Source: Octopus sinensis (Eukaryota). From it: a DNA stretch of 64,000 bases. The notes under the pieces are model-generated. The model ran no database searches. It had not been told where the DNA came from and saw only the letters and a list, made by a program, of their open reading frames with translations. The DNA lies in assembly GCF_006345805.1 (NCBI RefSeq), contig NC_043017.1:21886001-21950000 (forward strand). Direction: 5' to 3'. Shown one piece after another: positions 13,294 to 24,759 of this stretch; the stretch's first letter is position 1; each line of letters begins with the position of its first letter. The position numbers and the translations under genes are program-made.

Positions 13294-13460
13294 ACGGGAG
13301 GTTTACAAAAATAAACCAAAGACGAAGGCAGGGGGAGTACAAACAAGCAATGTATTAGTATGGCACTCAGGAATAGAGAAATAGAACAAGTCTTTTACGT
13401 TCGAGCCTACGCTCTTCGACAGAAGATACACAGAAAAGAAACAAGGAGAGAGAAAAAAAA

Positions 13461-13464
<4 letters not shown>
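13294..13464 (-). mobile_element. (TA)n-flanked non-coding element family P6 with hammerhead-like motif (13391-13426)
   Basis: Minus strand TCTT-CTGTCGA-A-GAGC-GTAG-GCTC-GAAC-GTA-AAAGA; homologous to the 19940, 27722 and 48579 copies. Confidence 0.7.
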
Positions 13465-13498
<34 letters not shown>

Positions 13499-13888
13499 AT
13501 GTATGTATGTATGTATAAAGAGAGAGGACGGATAGGCAGAGAGGTGAAAAGAGAGAGACAATGTACAGTTCTTTTATAGAAAATATTTGAATACTTAAAA
13601 GAAGTTTATATTTCTCACTAGCACTATTCAGCTTTGAGGTTCCAGTTGTTTAATCCTGATTGAGCAGATCTATAAGATTAGACGTACATATATGAAAATA
13701 TACATACATGATGGGACTTATACATTTATTTGAGCATTATAGACTTAGAGTTGTTTCAGGTATGCATTTTGGAAAAGTTCATAGTCCAATTTGATTAACT
13801 GATCAATTGAAATATAGTGAACAACCATTGCAATGCCAACTTTGCCAGGGTCCAACAAATATACACATACACACAGATATTATACATA

Positions 13889-13922
<34 letters not shown>

Positions 13923-13926
<4 letters not shown>

Positions 13927-14328
13927 AAAATATTATTAGAGACAAAACCACTATTTGGCAAACAAAACAAGGAAAGACTTAATCAATACATAAAATTTTA
14001 ATAAATAGTCAAAAAAACCGCCACTCAATCGTTTCTTGTTTGATCGACAATCTTCAGGTGGACTTCCAATTACAAGTCAGTTTCATTGAAACTGATTGTA
14101 ATTGGAAGTCCACCTGAAGATTGTCGATCAAGACAAGAAACGATTGTAGTGGCGGTTTTTTTTACTATTTATTAAAATTTTATGTATTGATTAAGTCTTT
14201 CCTGTGTTTTGCAAAATAGTGGTTTTGTCTCTAATATTTTTATAATATTTTACTATATAAAATGGGATTTAATCCTAAATCTGATTTTTTCCCTGTAAAT
14301 TTGGATTTATTCCCTAATATTTATTATA
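13923..14328 (+). mobile_element. Penelope-like non-coding foldback element P2 in (TA)n
   Basis: Inverted arms of about 160 bp centred on 14086 (CAGTTTCA-T-TGAAACTG); unpaired tail about 14245-14328; second copy at 57166-57643. Confidence 0.8.
14110..14152 (+). ncRNA. Minimal type I hammerhead ribozyme, intact core
   Basis: CCAC-CTGAAGA-TTGTC-GATCAA-GACAA-GAAAC-GATT-GTA-GTGG: stem I CCAC/GTGG, stem II 5 bp, CUGANGA and GAAA cores, GUA site with predicted cut after 14148. Confidence 0.85.
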
Positions 14329-14351
14329 TATATAATATATATATATATACA

Positions 14352-14663
14352 TATAATCAAAATAAGCAACAAGAATGACTCCGGTAATTTGGTACGATCG
14401 TTTCGTACTACATCATTTTATTAAATGTTGTAAGTATTACAACAGTTTTAAAATGCTGAGTACTCACCAGCCAATTTTAGAGGTTTTCCATTAATACAAA
14501 AAATTTTTGTATTTATGGAAAACCTCTATAATTGGCTGATGAGTACTCTTGTTGCTTATTTTGATTATAATCACCCCACGGATTTTTATGGATAACACCA
14601 TACAGAATTCTGGTGCATCTAAAATTAAGTACCATATTCATTTGAATCTAAATTTTTGCTGAA

Positions 14664-14668
<5 letters not shown>
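14352..14668 (+). mobile_element. Penelope-like non-coding foldback element P3 in (TA)n
   Basis: Inner inverted repeat GAGTACTCACCAGCCAATT..AATTGGCTGATGAGTACTC; outer pair ATAATCAAAATAAGCAACAAGA/TCTTGTTGCTTATTTTGATTAT; the right arm has an internal deletion; tail to about 14668. Confidence 0.75.
14386..14476 (-). ncRNA. Type I hammerhead ribozyme with extended stem II (P3 left arm)
   Basis: AATTGG-CTGGTGA-GTACT-[49-nt insert forming a hairpin]-AGTAC-GAAAC-GATC-GTA-CCAAATT; the mirror arm has canonical CTGATGA at 14536-14542. Confidence 0.8.
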
Positions 14669-14709
<41 letters not shown>

Positions 14710-15007
14710 AATAGACAGAAACCATATGAAAACCCACAATTTATCTGTGTGTGTGTGTGTGGTGAGATGTATTTGTGTGTGTACTTCTGTGTTTGTTGCC
14801 ACACCAGCTGGGAACTGATGTTGGTTTGTTTACATCCTCATAAATAGGCAGTTCAGCCAAAGGGATCGATAGAGTAAGCACTAGATTTTAAAAAAAATAA
14901 AAAACAAGGCCCGGGATTGCTTCGTTCAAGTGAACCCTTCTAGGTGGGTTCTGACCATAGCTGCATTCCAATCCCTGAAAGGAGTGCAAAAAAATACAAG
15001 AAGAAAA

Positions 15008-15260
15008 ATCGTCTGGCCTCCGTGCCGGTGGCACATAAAAAGCACCATCCGATCGTGGCCGTTTGCCAGCCTCGTCTAAAACATAAAAAGCACCCACTAC
15101 ACACACAGAGTGGTTGGCATTAGGAAGGGCATCCAGCTGTAGAAACACTGACAGATCAGACTGGGCCTGGTGCAGCCTTCTGGCTTCCCAGACCCCAGTT
15201 GAACTGTCCAACCCATGCTAGCATGGAAAGCAGATATTAAACAATGATGATGATGATGAT
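15008..15260 (+). mobile_element. SINE family C
   Basis: Carries about 1.5 copies of the internal 63-bp unit; tail ATTAAACAATGATGATG. Confidence 0.85.
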
Positions 15261-15384
15261 CTTCAGATTCTGGGCTTCACTGCAGAAATGACAAGGGAGT
15301 GGAAGATGTGGCGATTTGCGGTACTTGATGAGATGCATCAAGGTAAGTAAAATTGCTGCCTTCCACAGATACAGGCTTGGTCTT

Positions 15385-15645
15385 TCAGGTGGCACATACA
15401 GAGCAGCTGTACACGTGTCACATAAAAAGCACTTGTACTGGTGCTGTGTAAATGCACCCATGCTGGTGGCACATAAAAAGCATCCAGCATGCTCAGTGTA
15501 GCAGTTGGCATTAGGATGAGCATCCAGCTATAGAAACCATGCCACAACAGACAACTGGGGTCAGGACAGCTCCCTGCTAGCCAGCACCATGTCAAACCAT
15601 CCAATCCATGCCAGCATAGAAAGCAGTTGATGATGATGATGATAC
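15385..15645 (+). mobile_element. SINE family C, diverged subfamily
   Basis: GGTGGCACATAAAAAGCA, TTAGGATGAGCATCCAG and (GAT)n tail. Confidence 0.75.
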
Positions 15646-15721
15646 AAAAATATATGTAAATATATATTAGTTGGTAGTAGGGACACCAGGTTTTGTTTTG
15701 AACTCATCATATGCTACCATA

Positions 15722-16115
15722 TAGGAGCAGGAGCGGCTGTGTGGTAAGTAGCTTGCTTACCAACGACAAGGTTCCGGGTTCATTCCTACTGCGTGGCAAC
15801 TTGGGCAAGTGTCTTTTACTATGGCCTCGGGCCAACCAAAGCCTTGTGAGTGGATTTGGTAGACGGAAACTGAAAGAAGCCCGTCATATATATGTATATA
15901 TATATGGGCGTGTGTCTGTGTTTGTCCCCCCAACATCGCTTGACAACCGATGCTGGTGTGTTTACGTCCCCATAACTTAGCGGTTCAGTAATAGGGACCA
16001 ATAGAATAAGTACTAGGCTTACAAAGAAAAAGTCCTGGTGTCAATTTGCTCGACTAAAAGCAGTGCTCCAGCATGGCCACAGTCAAATGACTGAAACAAG
16101 TAAAAGAGTTCAAGA
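15722..16115 (+). mobile_element. SINE family A, full length
   Basis: Head GCAGGAGCGGCTGTGTGG, core CTTGGGCAAGTGTC, tail GTAAAAGAGT. Confidence 0.9.
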
Positions 16116-16273
16116 GTACCAAGTATATTAAATGCTTATAAGTCAATAATGTTAGCCATCCAATTCAATCACTTTTTAAAGATATTTCTATAGATTGCCT
16201 GCAGAAATTAGAGCCAGCTCTGATCTTCAGTCGTATCATTTACACAGATGTATTCATTTGCAAAATGTCATAC

Positions 16274-16306
16274 CTTTCAACACTGGCTCCGATTTCTAAA
16301 GAAAAT
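16274..16306 (-). other. Candidate 33-nt microexon
   Basis: Minus strand tttcccttttttaaagttatttctacag|ATTTTC...GAAAG|gtatga; one open frame FSLEIGASVE; frame-preserving length; no homology evidence. Confidence 0.25.
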
Positions 16307-16923
16307 CTGTAGAAATAACTTTAAAAAAGGGAAATATATACCGGTCCTAAACTAAGGTTATTTAATTAAGAATATCCTTTTTCCATAAATATTTGTTGTT
16401 ACGCCAGTCTAAGAAATCAATAATTTTACCGACCTGTGACTTACAAGTTTGCTGTTCCACGAGAAATAAATTGATGTTGGGGACAAACATCTTCAGTGAA
16501 GAACAGCAACAAAATAAAATAATTCGAAAGATGAGAGAAAAGAAGAGGCGAATGTAATGCATTGATTGATGACATCATGTGGGGAAAACACTAATGAAGG
16601 ACCTCATTAATATTCCTTGATAAAAGCAGACATCTAATTAGGATGGACCCTTTTGCATGCAGTTGATGTTTGGCTTCTTGCTATGCATAAGGTCAGGTAG
16701 GATCACTAATTACTAAGTGATTTAATGCAAAATTCAATCTACACTAAATTTGCAAAGGCAACGCTAAGGACAACGTATTGTTTCTTTCCAAGAAATGTAT
16801 TCTAATCTCTGTTGGTCTTTGGATAAGGATAAGGTGCTTGGCTCCACTTTTATGATATTGAATCTGTTGGATATACATTGTTAGTGCCATAAGATGATGG
16901 CATTAACACTGTAAATTAGCTGG

Positions 16924-17145
16924 CATTTTTGCTACCATATTTATTTTGAGATGCTCTGTGTTTCCTTTCAATTATTTCAAATATAACAAAGAATTTAGTA
17001 AAATGACTTAGTTGTCATTAAGTTAGTGTTGAGAACTTAAATTGTGACTAAGATTTAGTGGAATATTTTAATTGAAAACTTATGAAAAGAAGACATTTAT
17101 ACTACAGAGCCAAAGCCGGTTTTAACCGGGTTGGTAACGAAAGGG
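16924..17145. mobile_element. piggyBac-type MITE (family M2)
   Basis: Right terminus GTAACGAAAGGG-TTAA (17146-17149); reverse-oriented homolog of 38426-38636. Confidence 0.75.
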
Positions 17146-17540
17146 TTAATTGGAGACAATATAATGTGGAGAGTGGAAGGAAGTGGTTGGGTGCAGCTTT
17201 TTGGGTGCTAGCAATGTGGCATGGCTGAATGGACATCGAACTTGCTTTGGTGACAATGTGTTTTGACACTGGAAGCAAACATACACATACATATATTGGC
17301 ACATGCAGATATATATATATATATATAGTCAATAATAAAAGGGTAAAATTAATTAATTATTAATTAATAGTTTTACCAAGTAGTGTTCAGTATGTAAAAA
17401 GACCATTTACAGCATATTTAAATAGGAAATAGCTAAATTCTTTGGCTGCTATTTCTAAAAGTTCGGTGTGGGGTAAAGTAAATTTTTTTACTGAACCCTA
17501 ATTATATAACGTAATATATATATATATATATATATATACA

Positions 17541-17742
17541 TAGTTAATCCAAACAAGAAAACACAGAAAAAAAGAGAAAAAAAAGAGAGAAAAAAAAACA
17601 CAGCAACGCAGGACGTAGAACAATTAAAGTATTATTGGCGCTCAGGAAAGAAGGGAAGGAGGGTTTAACGTTTCGAGCGGAGCTCTTCGTCGGAAACATA
17701 GGAGAAGGAAAGATCCCGAGAAGGGAAGACAGAGGAAAAAAT
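17541..17742 (-). mobile_element. (TA)n-flanked non-coding element family P5
   Basis: Second copy at 17825-18015 separated by a TA tract; carries a hammerhead motif. Confidence 0.7.
17663..17697 (-). ncRNA. Minimal (dimer-type) type I hammerhead motif
   Basis: GTTT-CCGACGA-A-GAGC-TCC-GCTC-GAAAC-GTT-AAAC; stem I GTTT/AAAC; loopless palindromic stem III ACGT; GUU site. Confidence 0.7.
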
Positions 17743-17776
17743 ATTTGAGCTGGTGGTGCTCAAGAGATCACATTAA

Positions 17777-17824
<48 letters not shown>

Positions 17825-17826
<2 letters not shown>

Positions 17827-18015
17827 TTAATCCAATCATGAAAGCACAAAAAAACACAACAACGCGAGGATGTGGAACAAATATAGTATTATTAGATGCT
17901 CAGGAAAGAAGGAAAGAAGGAGGGTTTAACGTTTCGAAAACATAGGAGAAGGAAAGATCCAGAGAAGGGAAGACAGAGGAAAAAAAAATCGCCAACGGTA
18001 CACACGCGGTCACAT
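17825..18015 (-). mobile_element. Family P5 copy with the hammerhead core deleted
   Basis: GTTTCGA|AAACATAGG lacks the 17 nt GCGGAGCTCTTCGTCGG present in the 17541 copy. Confidence 0.7.
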
Positions 18016-19497
18016 TTACATATATAAACTTAGAGATAGAGAGAAAGAGCGAAACGGTTCAATTTATTTATTGAATACACATGCTCTCCTCCTACACCTT
18101 ATGGGAAATATGCTTACACACATAAATGGAGAGAGAGAGAGATAGAGAGAAGAGTGAAGGAAACATTTAACTGCCTGATGTCAAATAAGTCAGTATCAAA
18201 TCAGCAATGCCAACACAGCTGCGCCAAAACGTCTCATTTCCAGTAAAGAGGTCTCTTTAGTCCAGCTGAGGGTATATTAACCTCTTTTGTGCTGGTGCCT
18301 TGATAAAATGCACCCAGCACATCTTGTCAGGTGATTAGAGTCAGAATAGGCTTTGTGTCATTGAAACCATGCCCAAGGATATAGAATATGTGAGTGATGT
18401 CTTGTCCTTTAACACATTCAAGAGGACAATAAATCCAAGTAAGACATGATGATGACCCATCCAACCCATGCTGGAGCTGAAAACAAATGTAAATGATGCA
18501 AAGGAGGAAAGAGAAGGAAGTTGTTTCTGATGATGATGATGCTGGTGGTGAATGTTGCAGTGGTTCTGGTGACCAAGGTCATAATTATAAGGCATTTCCT
18601 TCATATATAAGACATCAGTCAATCACAAGTAACATTCCTCATGTGTATAGTTTTTATTTTTCTGACATCTGAGAAAAAATAAATAAATAAATAAAAGCAA
18701 TTTCTTCAGATTGAAAAATAAAACTGTTCAGGAACATGAACTACATGCAGCATATTTGAACTCATAACCAGTGTGTATGTACAAAATACAGAGAATCTGA
18801 GAAATTTGTGTGAGCTAGCATCAACAGTAATCTAAAAGTAAACCTACTGGAAAAAAATGTGTGTGTTTGTGTGTGTTGCTGTGTGGAAAAGTAAAACTTG
18901 AAAGTTTTAGGCTAGATTTGCTGATTACAACAAGCAGGCTTTTTTTCTCATTTTTTCTCTCTTATTATCTCCCTTGTCTATCTTGATAAAGAGCCTCCGT
19001 CCAAAACCTTGCTGCTTTTTATCCTTTTCCGCACAACAAGATAGAGTGACTTTTACTCTAGTTTTTAGATATATATTATTCTAATGAGTCAGAAGAAGTC
19101 CAAAATTTCACTGCCATATCCACTTAGCCATCTTATCTCTACTCTTCAAGAAAACAAAGAACACAAGAAGTTATGTAGTAAAAGTACCTTGATGTGATTA
19201 AAGAATGAGGATCACCGTTCACATCAGAAGAGATGTTATGAAGAGTTACAAGTAAAATAATAAAATGGAATATGTTACGTTTTATACTTTTGCTATGGGC
19301 ATGATTCACAGATGTAGGAAGAACTGAAGATGGACATGGCTGTTTGATTAAGAAGTTTGCTTTCCAGTCATGAGGTCTTAGGTTCAATTTCATTGCATAA
19401 CACCTTGAGCAAGTGTCTTCTCTAAAGTTCAAGATTAACTAGAGACTTATTAATAAATTTTATAGATGAAAAGTGAAAGAACTTTGTTGTGTGTGTA

Positions 19498-19531
<34 letters not shown>

Positions 19532-19551
19532 ACTATCTAACTTTCTATCTG

Positions 19552-19588
<37 letters not shown>

Positions 19589-19619
19589 ACATATATATAT
19601 ATATATGTGTGTGTGAAAG

Positions 19620-19915
19620 CATATAGGTTAGTGGTTGGAGTGTTGCACTCATGATTGTAAGATTGTGGGTTCGATTCCCAGACTGGGCGTTGTGTTGTGT
19701 TCTTGAGCAACGCACTTCATTTCACATTGCTTTGCAATCATTTCGACATCTGAAATGTGGCACCCATTGCACCTGTACAGGTAATGTTGATTTGATGGAG
19801 GGAGTGAGCTTATGTCTACACAAACATTTAATCACTATAGACAAAATCATCTTTGTGGTTGTTCAGTAAGAAATTGTGGAGTTCTCATACATTGTCTAAC
19901 AACGGGAGAGTCCAT
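19620..19915 (+). mobile_element. SINE family E (tRNA-derived head, TGTGTTCTTGAGCAA core), diverged
   Basis: B box GGTTCGATTCC; homologous to the 33806 head. Confidence 0.75.
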
Positions 19916-19939
19916 CATATATATATATATATATATATA

Positions 19940-20100
19940 GGGAGAATTCACAAAAAAACAAAAGCTGAAGACTGGTGGTGTAGACAACAAACAGATGTTT
20001 AACACTCGGGAAGTGAAAAAGTCTTTAACATTTTGAGCCTACGCTCTTCCGCAGAAAGGGACACAGAAAGAAACAGGGAGAGACAATAAAGAATATAAAG
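19940..20100 (-). mobile_element. Family P6 element with degenerate hammerhead-like motif (20023-20058)
   Basis: CTTT-CTGCGGA-A-GAGC-GTAG-GCTC-AAAAT-GTT-AAAG on the minus strand, TA-flanked. Confidence 0.7.
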
Positions 20101-20759
20101 AAAATAAATATATATATATATGTGTGTGTGTGTATGTAGATGTATATTTGTGTGTATATATGTATATTTACTCAAGCATATACATGTGCATATGTGTGCT
20201 TATGTTTGTGCTTTTTCTGAAAATTGCTAAAATACAGGCAATGACATGTTAGGAATTCCCCTGTCGGTAAGATATTTACTAGCCCTTTACCTTCAAATAC
20301 GTATGTTACAAAAGATCCCTTATTTGTAAAATAGATGAATATTATAAACAGGAACGGCTTCTGGCTTTCAAACAACACCTCAGTGATATATTTGCCAAAC
20401 CCATGCTAACATGGAAACAGAAAAAGTAACAAACAAACAAATGTAGAACAAGCAATCAAAGTAGGTTGTGTGGGATGAATTTACACTCTTGGATTGTTTT
20501 TGTGTTTGGCTGAAATCAGACATGATTTAGAAAATCAATGGTTCACATATATTTACAAATGAGCTCCAAAAAACATTATGTTCGCATATGTGTGTAAGTG
20601 TGTGTGTGTGTGCGCGCAGGTGTGTGTAAGTGTGTGAGACAAGTGAGTAAGATGAATTGTTTATTCCAAGTCTGCACTCTACAGCTTTCTTCGTAGAATC
20701 ATTAGAGTGTTGGATATAATGCCACATGGTATTTGCTCTCACCCTTTGCACAGTAAAAT

Positions 20760-21766
20760 TGAATCATGCTCATGATATATCATGAAATAAACACCTGCAG
20801 TAACTTGATGACACTAACAACAAAAGTTTTCCCAATTAAGCACAATTCTTCCAACTGCCTCGCCACCCTTGTCCAACCAGTTTGTGAAATTATCCATCAA
20901 TTGCATTCTTTGCCCAACGCTTCATCTGCTACCCTCTTATTTCCATCATAACATTTGCAAACCTCTTCTTCTTCAAATATGGTCAATATAGATGAGCTCT
21001 TGTTCTTTCACAATGTCCAGAAGTCATCATCTTTCCCCTAATTGTTGTAACCCTTATTCAGTCGTCCAATGGTCCTCATAAGAAACTCACAACATTTTCC
21101 TATAAACCCACATTTTAAACATATGATTGTCCTATGAACACCTCATTATTATCATCATGTATCATGAGCCTGCAGTCCATTGATGAAACCACTACAAAAT
21201 TTTCCCAATTGACCAGGAGTTCTCCGGCTACCTTGCCACTCTTGTCCAATCAGTTTGTGAAATTATCCATCCATCGCATTCTTTGACCAACTTTTCATCT
21301 TCTACCCTCTTATTTCCATGATAACATTTGCAAACCTTAACCCTAACCCTCTGCTTCTTCAAATATGGCCATAACAGAAGAGCCTTTGTTCTTTCACAAT
21401 GTTCAGGAATCATTATCTTTTGTCGTAACACCCATTGATCCTTGTAAGAAACTCTTAACCTTCTTCTATGCCCCCACATTTCAAACATAAGAGTGTCCTA
21501 TGAACAACTTGTTGACAGCATTTATCAAATATTTGCAATGCCTTGATGAAACTGCTGCAAAAGTTTTCCCAATTAACCAGGAGTTCTCCGGTCGCTTTGC
21601 CACTCTTGTCAAACCAGCTTGTGATATTGACCAATAATTGCATTATTTGCCTGCCCCTTCATCTGCTACTCTCTGCTCCTACTTTCCTGATAATATTTTC
21701 CAGACCTCTGCTTCTTCGAATAATGCCATTATAGATAAGCTTTTGTCTTTTTCCCAATGTTCAGGA
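20760..21766 (-). mobile_element. Three head-to-tail diverged copies of an RTE LINE 3' end (period about 365 bp)
   Basis: Units about 20760-21120, 21118-21485 and 21483-21766; translation RQKLIYNGIIRRSRGLENII...RGRQIMQLLVNITSWFDKS and QRMRWMDNFTNWLDKS resemble RTE C-termini. Confidence 0.75.
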
Positions 21767-22488
21767 TAAAAGGTTAGCAATGGGCTCCTAGACCCATGGA
21801 AGTGATGCCTGAAGAGGATACTGACTCGACAGATTTAGTTGCTATTTTTTGACTAGTTGAATGACCCCATACAGGCCTCCCGCTAGTCAGGAAACAATTG
21901 ATATCTAAAGTATCTAGATGAGAATTAAGTTCCTAAGTCTGTGCACCTTCTACTTAAAAGACAGTATTAATTTGAGGGAGATTTGGCTGCTTTTTTAACC
22001 AGTTGGATGACCACATACAGGCTCTTACCTTGTCAGAAAACACTTGATATCTGAAGTATCTGACAATAAATGATCTATTAAATAGGTGGTATTCTAGTAG
22101 AAGGGCTCAGACAATAAGCTTTTTTTTAAATCAATGTTACTCAACAAAACGATTTATGAAATTGTTAAAAGTTGTTTTCGTTTCTCAAATAGGATAAGTT
22201 ATCTATAGTTTAAACTTCTGATTGGATTTTAACAGCTGAACAAAGACAAAATAAAATTTGAACAAATAATAAAAAGAAGATATAGAAAAAAAACCCAGAG
22301 CTGAGATGATTTCATAAGCCATCCTGATGATACCCTAAACCAAGTGATAAATGATGTCTCTTTTCTTGACTATATTTACTTAGTTTTGTATTTTTGTTTT
22401 CATCTTCTTTAATCCGCAGCACCAAGCAACAATACCACAACCACCACCACTGCTACCATTGCTATCAGTTTCTCTTGTTTTTCTATAG

Positions 22489-22535
22489 AAACCCAAAACT
22501 TTCCTCCAAAGAAAAGAGATAGACAAAGCAACATT
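22489..22535 (+). other. Candidate 47-nt exon
   Basis: tttctcttgtttttctatag|AAACCC...AACATT|gtgagt; two open frames (e.g. TQNFPPKKRDRQSNI); no homology evidence. Confidence 0.2.
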
Positions 22536-22769
22536 GTGAGTGAAATAATATATTGTTTAATGTGAAGGACATTTTAATACCTATTGATTTCCTTTCAAAA
22601 CAAAATGTGAATTCTTTTGACGTAATATCGATTTGTTTTAAAGTCTGTTGTTTGTTGTTGTTGTTTCTTGCTTTTATTTTTTTTTATTATTAATTTCTTG
22701 CTTTTTTTTCCTTGTTTTAATATCCTAGAGTCCTCTCACAACAAAGAAAAAATAAGCAAACAATTAGAT

Positions 22770-22836
22770 AAATAATAATAATGAAATAACGATAATAATA
22801 ATAATAATGATAATAATGATAATGATGATGATGATG

Positions 22837-22888
<52 letters not shown>

Positions 22889-22945
22889 TAATAATGATAA
22901 TAATAATAATAATAATATAATAATGATAATAATAATAATAATAAA
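22770..22945. repeat. (TAA)n/(TGA)n microsatellite
   Basis: Seen directly in the sequence. Confidence 0.95.
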
Positions 22946-23766
22946 ACTGATACTAAAAATAAAAGAATAAGAAAGTGGTGGTTAGCATAATGATGATGAT
23001 GTCAATGATGATGATGAGGAGGATGATGGCGATGGTGATGATAAATACAGTTAAAAACTCACTGATCTAAGAGTTGAAAATATGTAAACCTCAGTTTTAC
23101 TACAGACAATACATAAATCAGTTTTCAGTGCCAGAAAAGTACAAACAAAACCAAAAAAATAAATAAATAAAAAAGAAACTGGCTGACACCTTTCCAGCTT
23201 AGTTCTTCCTTCCTTCCTTCCTTCCTTCCTTTTTCTCTTAATTTTATTTATTTGTTTATTTATTTATTTGTTTCCTATCTTTAAATAGATAGGATGGGAT
23301 CAATTGATTTGTTGATAGACAAATAAAATCTTTTACTATCCTTTTCATAAAGAAACCAGTTTGGAAAAATGGTAAAAAAAAAAAGAAAAAAGAAGTAAGC
23401 AGTGTTAATATATTTATAATTTCTCTTTGATAACTTGTATCATGTTTCATTTTGAATTTTTTTTCAAATGTTTTGAAAATATTAATTTAATTTGGCAAAA
23501 CCTTTATACACTGAAAAAGTCAGGGGCTAGAGAAGAAAATACAGCCATGTCTGTGTGGTGAGAAGCTTGCTCTCCAACCACATGGTTCCGGGTTCAGACC
23601 CACTTCATGGCACCTTGCGTGAGTGTCTTCTGCTATCACCTTAAGAGAAGAGAAAACCAAAAGCTCTCATGCTATTCATTTAATAATTCCTGAAGAGAAC
23701 TTATTATTGCCTCCGCCTTTGAAACTATTTTGAATGGTGAATATGTTAACTTTGGTTTGTGTTTTG

Positions 23767-23899
23767 CTAACCAACCACATGGTTCCGGGTTCAGTCCCAC
23801 TGTGTGGCATCTTGGGCAAGTGTCTTCTGCTATAGCCCCGGGCTGACCAATGCCTTGTGAGTGGATTTGGTAGACGGAAACTGAAAGAAGCCTGTCGTA

Positions 23900-23958
<59 letters not shown>

Positions 23959-24174
23959 ATGTGTTTGTGTGTCTGTGTTTGTCTCCCTAGCATTGCTTGA
24001 CAACCGATGCTGGTGTGTTTACGTCCCCGTCACTTAGCGGTTCGGCAAAAGAGACCGATAGAATAAGTACTGGGCTTACAAAGAATAAGTCCTGGGGTCG
24101 ATTTGCTCGACTAAAGGCGGTGCTCCAGCATGGCCACAGTCAAATGACTGAACCAAGTAAAAGAGTAAAAGAGT
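23767..24174 (+). mobile_element. SINE family A (a separate head fragment lies at 23545-23640)
   Basis: Body, internal (TA)n(TG)n and tail nearly identical to other young family A copies. Confidence 0.9.
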
Positions 24175-24394
24175 AATAAGGATAAACTATTTATTACTGT
24201 TACTAACTTTTCTACAGCCACCTTCACATTCTATGACTACCATTTGGATCGATCAGTTACTGGACAAAGATTCTGGATTATTTTTCTGGTTTTTATACTT
24301 AATTTTTGAAAGCGCTCAGGTTCATTTTTAGTATTCTCGTTTGTGAGAGCAGTTGAGTTTATTTCAGGTATTCTCATTTTAAAAATGGAGGTTT

Positions 24395-24679
24395 TGGGCA
24401 TGAGGCACGCTTTCGACCCTCTTCCCACACATTCTGCAGAGGTCCGTTGTACTTGTGTGGTATATATTCTTTTTCACTGAGTTGGTATTCAATGCCTGGT
24501 CTTCGGCAGCGATGATTAGGCTTTCAGTAATGTACCCTTGTTGAGCCACCTTCATGATGTTTCCTGGTCTTTTAATTTGTTGGTTTCACGATGGAACTGA
24601 CTATGTAATTCCATACGGAGTAGAGTTTCTTCTCTCTCGTTGACTGTTCCTGACCGAAACTCATGAGCACTCTCAAGTC

Positions 24680-24680
<1 letters not shown>
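24395..24680 (-). mobile_element. R4/Dong-type (RLE) non-LTR retrotransposon internal fragment
   Basis: Minus strand WLNKG(fs)..ESLIIAAEDQALNTNSVKKNIYHTSTTDLCRMCGKRVESVPH, the region leading into the C-terminal zinc knuckle; abuts (TAA)n. Confidence 0.8.
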
Positions 24681-24716
<36 letters not shown>

Positions 24717-24717
24717 G

Positions 24718-24759
<42 letters not shown>

